Source: an uncultured Prevotellaceae bacterium (GTDB lineage Bacteria; Bacteroidota; Bacteroidia; Bacteroidales; UBA3663). From it: DNA of 64,000 bases. The stretch is from NCBI GenBank assembly GCA_964567855.1, contig CAZMOE010000003.1, positions 64,622 through 128,621 of the forward strand, read 5' to 3'. The notes below the pieces were generated by a model. It made no database searches. It worked only from the letters and a program-made list of their open reading frames with translations, and was not told the origin of the DNA. Each line of letters begins with the position of its first letter. Positions within the stretch are counted from its first letter, which is position 1. Made by a program: the position numbers and the translations under genes. This document shows, piece after piece, positions 40,199-47,624 of the stretch.

Positions 40199-40891
40199 AT
40201 GAAGACAATACTCCTTATCACGACCATCGTCGGATATTGCTTCGCCTCCGTATCGGCCCAGAAGAGTCGCCCCGACAGAGATGCGATACAAATGGCCATC
40301 AATGTACTCAAAGGGAAAGAGCGGACAAGCTCCTGCGAACAGGACTTCGGGTTCCTGCAGAAAAAGGCGGCCGAAGGGAACCCGTGGGCACTTAACGCAG
40401 TGGGCATTGCCTATCTGAAAGGTGCCGGAACAGAACCGGATGTCACCCAAGCGATCGAATGCCTCACGAAAGCTGCTGCCGCCGGTTATTTTACCTCCTG
40501 GTTCAACTTAGGATTGCTTTACGAGGAAGGCGACGGCGTGCCGCAAGACGATGAAACCGCATACGATTACTACCGGAAAGCATTCGACGCCGGATGCCGT
40601 TCCGCCATTTACCCCCTCGGCTATTTTCTTTATTCCGGACGAGGATGCCGGCAAAGCTACGAACAGGCCTTTGCCTATTTCCTGGAAGGCGCCGAACTGG
40701 GGCACGGAGGATGTATGTACATGACAGGTGTCTGCTACAGACACGGCCATGGCACAACGACAGATACGGCACTGGCGATACACTGGCTGGAAGAAGCCCG
40801 GATAAACGGCATCATCGAAGCGAACACGGAGCTGGAAACGCTTCGGCCGCAGATACCCGGCGCCCATCCGCAGGAACAATCTCTACCATAG
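40199..40891 (+). CDS. Secreted Sel1-repeat (TPR-like) protein
   Basis: The start was set to ATG 40199, 4 nt after the upstream stop (MKTILLITTIVGYCFASVSAQ). It has at least 4 Sel1-like repeats (AAEGNPWALNAVGIAYLKGAGTEPD, AAAGYFTSWFNLGLLYEEGDGVPQD, and others). Confidence 0.8.
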   Translation: MKTILLITTIVGYCFASVSAQKSRPDRDAIQMAINVLKGKERTSSCEQDFGFLQKKAAEGNPWALNAVGIAYLKGAGTEPDVTQAIECLTKAAAAGYFTSWFNLGLLYEEGDGVPQDDETAYDYYRKAFDAGCRSAIYPLGYFLYSGRGCRQSYEQAFAYFLEGAELGHGGCMYMTGVCYRHGHGTTTDTALAIHWLEEARINGIIEANTELETLRPQIPGAHPQEQSLP

Positions 40892-40971
40892 CCGCAAGCA
40901 AAAGTCCGCAGGATAGCGTCAACACCACCCATATCAATTCCGAAAATTTAAAATGGAAAACATCCAACACA

Positions 40972-41322
40972 CTAAAAAGTCCCCGCATGATAAAAAATAC
41001 CCGCCCTAAGAACATTCCACCCCCTTCTCTTGCCACCGGCAGGACCGACTACAGCCATAGCACCCTTTCCCGTCTCACCGCTACCGCCTGCAATAATATA
41101 TGCAGTTGCCGCGGGGACGCTGCAACCACCGCACACGGTCATGCAACCGCCTGCAGCCGCACAGATAGCAATAAGCATCCCCGGCAAGTAATTTCCCGCA
41201 TCCCATTTTCCACCATCCGCAAAGCAATGAACAGAATATTCTTTGCCTTGATCGCCTCCATTAACATAGGCAACGGTTCCGAATATCAATCTTGAAACTG
41301 CCATATTCTTCATTGAGTTCAT
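40972..41322 (-). CDS. Possible Gly/Ala/Cys-rich small secreted or membrane protein (glycine-zipper or bacteriocin-like). Coding status is uncertain.
   Basis: 116-aa ORF. The N-terminal 23 aa end in GG, with hydrophobic residues at -4, -7, -12 and -15. The hydrophobic core is LPGMLIAICAAAGGCMTVCGGCSVPAATAYIIAGGSG. Its ATG is only 16 bp from the divergent 41339 start, which argues against a real gene. Confidence 0.3.
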   Translation of the reverse strand: MNSMKNMAVSRLIFGTVAYVNGGDQGKEYSVHCFADGGKWDAGNYLPGMLIAICAAAGGCMTVCGGCSVPAATAYIIAGGSGETGKGAMAVVGPAGGKRRGWNVLRAGIFYHAGTF

Positions 41323-41338
41323 TTAAATTGACAATCTT

Positions 41339-41893
41339 ATGCGGAGAAAAACAACACTATTATTAGTTATTCTTGGAATTTATTTAAATGGAATAGTCCC
41401 TGATTCTATATTCGCGCGATCAGCCTCGGAGTCACTCAATTCAACAAAAGAAAGGACCTCCGATCCGTTTGAAGTGACTAAACCCAAGAATAGGCGAACA
41501 TTATTCAAACAACGCTTGCAATATAACGAAGAAACAGGAATCATCGTGCCCCCTCGTTTTTCCGAAAACGAGGAAATATGGATAGAATATATCAGGAACA
41601 ATTTTCCTTTTAATCCGCGACACTATTTCATTTATAATTCCCTTTTGGATTCTAAGAAGCCGGCCATTGTAATTTCTTTTTTAGTACACAAAGACGGGGC
41701 GGTAAGTGATCCCATAATCGTGCAATCGCCAAAAATGAAATTAAAAAGGTTGAGATATTTCTTTAAGCGAATGCCTTATTGGTTGCCGGCCATAAATTGG
41801 GCCGGGGAACCAGTGGATGCCTATTACACCATGCAATTGGATGAAAGGATCTTCTATGATTTCCCCGAGCAATATATCCGCGATAACCCTTGA
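41339..41893 (+). CDS. Secreted TonB C-terminal-domain-like protein (degenerate), paralog T1
   Basis: 184 aa with signal peptide MRRKTTLLLVILGIYLNG. TonB_C-like layout: IVISFLVHKDGAVSDPIIVQSP...MPYWLPAINWAGEPVDAYYTMQL. AT-rich gene. Confidence 0.6.
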   Translation: MRRKTTLLLVILGIYLNGIVPDSIFARSASESLNSTKERTSDPFEVTKPKNRRTLFKQRLQYNEETGIIVPPRFSENEEIWIEYIRNNFPFNPRHYFIYNSLLDSKKPAIVISFLVHKDGAVSDPIIVQSPKMKLKRLRYFFKRMPYWLPAINWAGEPVDAYYTMQLDERIFYDFPEQYIRDNP

Positions 41894-42059
41894 ATTCTGT
41901 TTATGCGAGTGTCACAGATGTAAGCTTATGCAGGAATTTCATCCGGTATGAAGGAAACTGGAATTATTTTCCATCTTTCATCCGCCATATAGCCCACACT
42001 TGAACATTGCCGGGACCCATTAACGAATCTTCAAGGAAAAATGTATAAAAATAATCACT

Positions 42060-42770
42060 ATGAAAGAAATTGTTTTAATTATTCTTTACTTCCTCACATG
42101 CAATATCATGCGGGGACAGTATTCAAATCACACAAGTGACTCCGTTAAATCAGATATAGACGGAACATACGTCCCAGAAGTAATTTATACCGTAACCAAT
42201 GGAGGTAAATACAATTTGCATGGTATGCCCCCCATCCAATCCAACCCGGGAAATTTCAAAAATATAACACCATACACCCCCATTTCGAAAGTAAATTTCT
42301 CTATAAACAATACCGCCTATCAAGCCCGCCTCTTGAAATATAAAGGATGGGTAAATACGACTCCCGGAGATTATAACGTATTTAGACTTTACAGTAATGA
42401 TGAAAAGTTATTAGAGTTTATAGAATATTCTTCTTGGGTAAAGATTGACGAAAACCAAAAAATCTATTCTTCTTTCCCTAATGATTATTTTCATATTTTT
42501 CAAATGGACAATGGAATCACCATCATTATCCTTGTAGGATACACCTATAACAGTTGTCCTCCAAACCTAACATTTATTGCCGTCCAAGGCAACCGGGCAG
42601 AAGTCATTTTCAATCCCAAAGAAAAATATATCATCAAAGACATTATCAAACAAGAAGGTGGATATTTCGAATTAGAATTACAAGATGCCCCATTGATGAG
42701 TGATACTAATTTCCAGCCCAACGTACATACCTTAAAGGCTATGTCTAATGGAATGTTCCTTGAGCAATGA
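42060..42770 (+). CDS. Secreted hypothetical protein
   Basis: 236-aa ORF with signal-like MKEIVLIILYFLTCNIMRGQ. AT-rich. No recognisable domain. Confidence 0.55.
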   Translation: MKEIVLIILYFLTCNIMRGQYSNHTSDSVKSDIDGTYVPEVIYTVTNGGKYNLHGMPPIQSNPGNFKNITPYTPISKVNFSINNTAYQARLLKYKGWVNTTPGDYNVFRLYSNDEKLLEFIEYSSWVKIDENQKIYSSFPNDYFHIFQMDNGITIIILVGYTYNSCPPNLTFIAVQGNRAEVIFNPKEKYIIKDIIKQEGGYFELELQDAPLMSDTNFQPNVHTLKAMSNGMFLEQ

Positions 42771-43037
42771 AGATCTAACTTTCAAAATAACTTTTGCATT
42801 GTCAACACTTCAAGTACTATGATCATCCATAACAGCAAATATATTCGAGAGAAAAATCTCAAGAACCGTTCGGGGCCTTAAAAAGTCTTCATTATAACAT
42901 CCAATAAGGTTCATCAGCCCTCACCACAGTAGTCCCATCACTGACAGATCCTCAAAATGAAAAATGCAGTATCGGACAGTAGCAACCACAAACGATAAGG
43001 CCTTTTCCATATTGAACATTCATATACATCTACGATC

Positions 43038-43538
43038 ATGAATAAAATATTTTTCATTTTTCTGGCCACTTTCATCCTCTGCGACACCTCCATTATGGCA
43101 CAAGTAGATTGTAGCAAACCATTCATTTCTTATGCGGAAAAACACGGACTAAGTGCACCGCATGAATGCGAAATCCCGCCACAATATCACTATGGAGATC
43201 TTGCAGTAAGAAGATATATCTGTGCAAATTTTACATATCCAAAAGAGGCTATAAAGGAAAGAATCAACGGAGTCATGAAAGTCCGCTTTTTAATCAAAAA
43301 AGATGGAAGCATAGGAGATATTCATATCCTGCAATCTCCATCAAAACTTCTCTCCAAGGCCATGATAACCGTCATAAAACACATGCCTCGCTGGGAGCCC
43401 GGAAAAGATTTTTTAGGGAATCCAATAGATGAATATTATACTATTGAATATTGGTTTAATTGCGATAAATTCCAATCTTTACGTCATAAGCTTTGGTTAA
43501 GAAGATATAGAAATGATGAGGTATATACCCCTCTTTAA
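43038..43538 (+). CDS. Secreted TonB C-terminal-domain protein, paralog T2
   Basis: 166 aa with a signal peptide. Sequence YPKEAIKERINGVMKVRFLIKKDGSIGDIHILQSPSKLLSKAMITVIKHMPRWEPGKDFLGNPID fits the Bacteroidota TonB_C pattern. Confidence 0.7.
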   Translation: MNKIFFIFLATFILCDTSIMAQVDCSKPFISYAEKHGLSAPHECEIPPQYHYGDLAVRRYICANFTYPKEAIKERINGVMKVRFLIKKDGSIGDIHILQSPSKLLSKAMITVIKHMPRWEPGKDFLGNPIDEYYTIEYWFNCDKFQSLRHKLWLRRYRNDEVYTPL

Positions 43539-43554
43539 TATATAACAAATAAAA

Positions 43555-44082
43555 ATGTATATGAAATATCTTACAATATTCGCAATAGGTTTTCTTCTAA
43601 CACAAGAAATTCAGTCCATCGACGCACAGGTAACCCATAACCTGCCGTTTACCCCTACAACCATACGGCAAAACCCCACTCCTGTCAATGTTCTATCGCA
43701 AATGCCAGAATATCCTGGAGGGGAAGATGCCTTAAATCTCTATATCCGTGCAAATCTTCACAAATCTGTTATTTATTATTACACAAAGGATCTTCCTTCA
43801 GATATTTGCAGGCCAACGATTGTCTCTTTTATCGTAAGAGCTGATGGTTCTTTGTCAAATATCAAGATCAAACAATGCCCTTCTAATGGCTGGGGAAAAA
43901 GATACGACAAAATGATTATGACCCTCATTAAAAATATGCCGCAATGGAATCCCGGTCTGAATCAGAACGGTCAGCCAAGATCATGCAGTTACACACTGAA
44001 GATCGATGAAACCGTATTGTTCGACTTTCCCGGACAAACGATGTATGATGATTTAAGAGACGAATGGAGCGCCAACCCGTAA
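43555..44082 (+). CDS. Secreted TonB C-terminal-domain protein, paralog T3
   Basis: 175 aa with a signal peptide. MPEYPGGEDALNLYIRANL...IVSFIVRADGSLSNIKIKQ...MPQWNPGLNQNGQPRS. The C-terminal tail DETVLFDFPGQ...NP is shared with T1. Confidence 0.7.
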   Translation: MYMKYLTIFAIGFLLTQEIQSIDAQVTHNLPFTPTTIRQNPTPVNVLSQMPEYPGGEDALNLYIRANLHKSVIYYYTKDLPSDICRPTIVSFIVRADGSLSNIKIKQCPSNGWGKRYDKMIMTLIKNMPQWNPGLNQNGQPRSCSYTLKIDETVLFDFPGQTMYDDLRDEWSANP

Positions 44083-44292
44083 CATCATCCTGACAGTATC
44101 ACAAACGCGCCAACAACCGAAACGCAAATATAGAATCGTCAACTGATGAAACCAGGCATCTCAGCTTATAACCATCTGAGACAAAGCAGGAAATTGACAT
44201 CTTTACATTAAAGAAACAAAGGCCCCAGCCCCTTTTCCAAAGATATCAGTTGAAATTTCGGAAACAAAACAAATAAAATTAGCGTATTTTCA

Positions 44293-44300
44293 TATATTTG
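44293..44300 (+). promoter_or_regulatory. Candidate -7 box upstream of the tandem TonB_C gene
   Basis: TATATTTG lies about 100 nt upstream of ATG 44399. No canonical -33. Confidence 0.35.
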
Positions 44301-44398
44301 CGAAAATCAACGAATTATCTGAGCCAGACAATACTCAGTCTGTTACGCCTTGGAAAATATTTACGTCGAAATCCATACTCTGTAAAATATCATCTGTT

Positions 44399-45208
44399 AT
44401 GAAACTGTCCCATTCTTCCCTCTATACCGCACTGCTTTTCGCACTGCTCCCATTGACAATTTCCGCACAAACCCGGGATTCCCTCCCGGAACCACCCGAC
44501 AGAAGCACGGTACAGGCTACCACCGACGGCCTGGCAAAACAAGCGGAATTCCCAGGTGGAACCGAAATAATGAAAGCCTATATCCGACGTGAATTGAAAT
44601 ATCCGGAAGAACTGGCAAACAAAAAAATGGAGGGACATGTCACCCTACGGTTCGTGATTATGCCGGATGGCAGCATAGACAGCATCCGCCCCCTGCGGAC
44701 AGCACATCCGCTTTTCACGGAAGAGGCTATCCGCGTCGTCCAATCCATGCCATGGTGGTCGCCGGCCATAGATACGCTGGGCAAAGCCGTGGCCAGCGAC
44801 TGGATTCTTCCGATCTCATTCCAGTTGCAATCTCCACAGACAAAAAAAACAGAATTTGCAACAGATACAGTACCTCCCACACAACAACCGGACTCCGGCC
44901 GTATAATAATAGAGCAGAAACCGGCCTTTCCGGGCGGCAACGCGGCCCTGATGGAATATATGTCCGGAAATTTGCACTATCCGCTGAACGCTATAAGAGA
45001 AAAAATACAAGGGAAGGTTGTCGTCTCCTTTTTCGTTGGAACAAACGGCGAAATTGAAGAGATAAAAGTCATAAAGTCCCCTCATAAATACCTGAGTAAA
45101 GAGGCTATCCGAATCGTAAAAAAGATGCCGAAGTGGGAACCCGGCCTTAAAAATGGAAAACCGGTACGGGTACAATACGCTTTACCGGTGACATTTAAAT
45201 TACCGTAG
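44399..45208 (+). CDS. Secreted protein with two tandem TonB C-terminal domains, paralog T4
   Basis: 269 aa with a signal peptide. Two full copies of the pattern (A/P)(E/A)FPGG...YP..A.....G.V...F.....G.I......(R/K)..H.L...EAIR(V/I)V..MP.W.P. No TM anchor or Pro-rich spacer of a genuine TonB. Confidence 0.8.
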   Translation: MKLSHSSLYTALLFALLPLTISAQTRDSLPEPPDRSTVQATTDGLAKQAEFPGGTEIMKAYIRRELKYPEELANKKMEGHVTLRFVIMPDGSIDSIRPLRTAHPLFTEEAIRVVQSMPWWSPAIDTLGKAVASDWILPISFQLQSPQTKKTEFATDTVPPTQQPDSGRIIIEQKPAFPGGNAALMEYMSGNLHYPLNAIREKIQGKVVVSFFVGTNGEIEEIKVIKSPHKYLSKEAIRIVKKMPKWEPGLKNGKPVRVQYALPVTFKLP

Positions 45209-45345
45209 CATTTCTTTTAAAAACGCCACTTTTCTCTCCAAGAAAAAAGTCCGAAATATCCCTCGGGGTACCACTATCGGCGAACATGTAAAGGTCGTCT
45301 GTAACCTTGACAAAAGAAGCGGATTTCCAGCATCCGGCAATATAT

Positions 45346-45374
45346 AAAACTCCTGTCAATACGGCAGGAGTTTT
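45346..45374 (+). terminator. Intrinsic terminator after the tandem TonB_C gene
   Basis: AAAACTCCTG (45346-45355) pairs with CAGGAGTTTT (45365-45374). The loop is 9 nt and the stem runs into a T-tract. Confidence 0.65.
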
Positions 45375-45394
45375 GTCCATATTCCGCCCATCGT

Positions 45395-45452
45395 TTGTCA
45401 AAACTTTGTCAAGTTAAAAATGACAAACAGGCTTTATTTCTCCGTATCTTTG
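45395..45452 (+). promoter_or_regulatory. Promoter with tandem TTGTCAA repeats and a TTTGTCA-N9-TGACAAA palindrome, twin of 39025-39083
   Basis: TTGTCAA at 45395 and 45406 (11-bp phasing), AAAATGA 4 nt later (completing the palindrome 45405-45427), TTTCTCC, then the -7 box TATCTTTG (45445-45452). Confidence 0.55.
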
Positions 45453-45488
45453 TCGGCAACAATAACAAATCTATGAAATAACATCATA

Positions 45489-46868
45489 ATGAGAGCATTT
45501 TCATTTGCCATAATCCTGATACTTCTTTCCATCACTACGGCCTGCCGGCACAACACGGTCACCGACCGCGTGCTTGAATATTACAGCCTCGGACAGCATT
45601 CGTTAGAGGAACACGACGCGCCGCAAGCCGATATATGGTTCCGAAACGCCATCGAAGCCGATGACGGATCGGTCGACCGGCAGATTATAGGCGAAATTCT
45701 CCTGCAACGGGCCTCTCTGCTGTATGAATGCGGCCTATATGACCAGACATTGGAGATCGCGCAGGAGATCATCGGCCAGAACAACGACACGTACGACAAC
45801 ACCCTGCTGACGGAAGCCCGCCGGACGGCAGGACGATGCCTCTATGCGACCGAACAACCCGACGAAGCCGACCGCCTCTTCCGCCAGGCAACGGAAGAGG
45901 CATTTGCCCGGGGCGACACGATGCTATGGATAGACCTGCAGAGCGAATGGGCGGCACGCAGTTACGACAATAATGCTCCCTGGCAGACCATCCGGCTCTT
46001 GGATAACCTTTCGCCCTACCATCCGGACCTTTATACTTATTACTGCGCATTGGGGGACATCGCTCTTGACCGGGCCGCCTATGACAGCGCCTATCAGGCA
46101 TTCGGCCGGCTCTACGACTGTCCGAACCTGTACTTCCGCCAATACGGTTTCGCCCGCATGGCCGAAGCCCAGTACAAGCTCGGAGAGCTGGATAAAGCCT
46201 ACCGGCTGCTACTTTTCGCATTCGACCTGAAAGATTCGCTCTACGCCGAGCAAAAGAGCGCCGATATCGTAAAGATACACTCCCTGTACGACTACAATGC
46301 CCAGCAGAAACTGCGTGAAAAAAGTCAACGGGACAACCGGAATCTGTTACTGACAACTACCTTCCTACTGCTGATGCTGCTGGCAGGTATCCTCTATCTG
46401 CGACACCGCTATCGCCGCCGCATGGCCGACAAAGAACGGCAGATTCGGAACGTGAGGCTACTCCTCGACAAGGTACGGAAAGAACAGCAGGAGAAACAGG
46501 AAGAACTGCGCCTCCAGACAGAGCACAAGGCCGCACTCGATTTCCAGGGGACGCCCCTTTACCTTCGTTTTGAAAAGTCGGCGACCGACGGCTCCGTCGT
46601 TTCCGAACAGGACTGGCAGGATCTGTCGGAAGCGATCGACGACACCTCACCCGGATTCCTGCTCAAACTGCGCGGGCTGGCCCGCCTGTCAGAAATGGAA
46701 TTGCGCATCTCCATACTGGTGAAGCTCGGATTCTCGGCTTCGCAGACAGCTGCCATTTTGCACCGTTCCCCATCGGCCATATCGGCGGCCCGCCGGCGAC
46801 TATTCGAGAAAGTAACCGGCAAAGAGGGCTCGGCCGGCGACTGGGACAAAATCGTAGAACGTCTGTAA
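45489..46868 (+). CDS. Membrane-anchored one-component regulator with a lipoprotein-type signal, an extracytoplasmic TPR-like domain, one TM helix, a coiled coil and a C-terminal LuxR/GerE-type HTH
   Basis: 459 aa. MRAFSFAIILILLSITTAC lipobox. A helical repeat region of about 250 aa. TM segment LLLTTTFLLLMLLAGILYL followed by RHRYRRR. K/E/Q-rich coiled coil. HTH LSEMELRISILVKLGFSASQTAAILHRSPSAISAARRRLFEKV. Confidence 0.75.
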   Translation: MRAFSFAIILILLSITTACRHNTVTDRVLEYYSLGQHSLEEHDAPQADIWFRNAIEADDGSVDRQIIGEILLQRASLLYECGLYDQTLEIAQEIIGQNNDTYDNTLLTEARRTAGRCLYATEQPDEADRLFRQATEEAFARGDTMLWIDLQSEWAARSYDNNAPWQTIRLLDNLSPYHPDLYTYYCALGDIALDRAAYDSAYQAFGRLYDCPNLYFRQYGFARMAEAQYKLGELDKAYRLLLFAFDLKDSLYAEQKSADIVKIHSLYDYNAQQKLREKSQRDNRNLLLTTTFLLLMLLAGILYLRHRYRRRMADKERQIRNVRLLLDKVRKEQQEKQEELRLQTEHKAALDFQGTPLYLRFEKSATDGSVVSEQDWQDLSEAIDDTSPGFLLKLRGLARLSEMELRISILVKLGFSASQTAAILHRSPSAISAARRRLFEKVTGKEGSAGDWDKIVERL

Positions 46869-46935
46869 CAGACAGCAATACCGTTCCAAAACAGAGATGT
46901 ACATAAAAAATCCTTTCACTCAAACATATTCCGCC

Positions 46936-47505
46936 ATGATGAAATATCTGCATATATTCATTGCCGCCATAGGTTTGTCTCTCTTTGCAGGAGATGCTGT
47001 AAAGTCGCACGCCAGCGGCATTTTCCAGCTGACCGATGCCGACCGTACGCTGACAGCCATCGCCCTGCGGCTGCAAAACCTCATCCAGCTCACGCCGAAG
47101 CAACGTACGACGCTGAAAGCAGCCCTGCACGCCATGAATAACGACCTCCCGGCCGATTCGCTCAACCGGCTCGACCACGAAGCGGTCCTGAACGTCCTCG
47201 ACAACAGGCAATTCAGGCTCGTGATCGCCTCCCGCTATGCGGAAGCCATAGACAACGAAGTGGCAACCCTTTGGACCGAGCTGTTCAAAGCCAACCGGAC
47301 CAAAGATCTCAATCCGCAGCAATCGGGGATCACCATTCGGAATTATTTCATCGATATGTACTCGGTAGAGGAAATCTACTGGAATGATCCGGTTTCACGA
47401 CAAGCGGAACAACACCGCATCAAGGCCTACGCGCCTATAGAAATCAGACGTTATCACCAGCTCCAACTCAAAAAGAATTCTCCCAAACATCGCTACCGTT
47501 GGTAA
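46936..47505 (+). CDS. Secreted LTxxQ-motif protein of unknown function, paralog of 39217-40194, probably co-transcribed with the regulator
   Basis: The start was set to ATG 46936 (MMKYLHIFIAAIGLSLFAG). It carries an LTPKQRTTL motif. The C-terminus IRNYFIDMYSVEEIYWNDPVSRQAEQHRIKAYAPIEIRRYHQL...YRW aligns with the 39217 product. Confidence 0.7.
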   Translation: MMKYLHIFIAAIGLSLFAGDAVKSHASGIFQLTDADRTLTAIALRLQNLIQLTPKQRTTLKAALHAMNNDLPADSLNRLDHEAVLNVLDNRQFRLVIASRYAEAIDNEVATLWTELFKANRTKDLNPQQSGITIRNYFIDMYSVEEIYWNDPVSRQAEQHRIKAYAPIEIRRYHQLQLKKNSPKHRYRW

Positions 47506-47535
47506 AACGGTTTCCCGGAAAACCGCACTGAACAC

Positions 47536-47579
47536 AAAATATGCCCCCGATGGGCAAATGTCCATCGGAGGCATATTTT
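47536..47579. terminator. Bidirectional intrinsic terminator between 46936-47505 and tyrS
   Basis: AAAATATGCCCCCGATGG pairs with CCATCGGAGGCATATTTT with one mismatch. A-run and T-run flanks. A second small hairpin (CATCCGCC/GGCGGATG, 47592-47610) sits next to the tyrS stop. Confidence 0.7.
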
Positions 47580-47624
47580 GTGTTCAACCGCCATCCGCCT
47601 GCGGCGGATGTATTGCAATCATAT

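Noticed and set aside
40594-41295. 233-aa plus-strand ORF overlapping the Sel1 gene out of frame and running through the 40.9-41.3 kb gap
   Set aside because: It is out of frame with the Sel1-repeat gene, R/S/T/P-rich, and lacks a start context. The minus-strand 116-aa ORF is the more plausible reading of the gap, if either is real.
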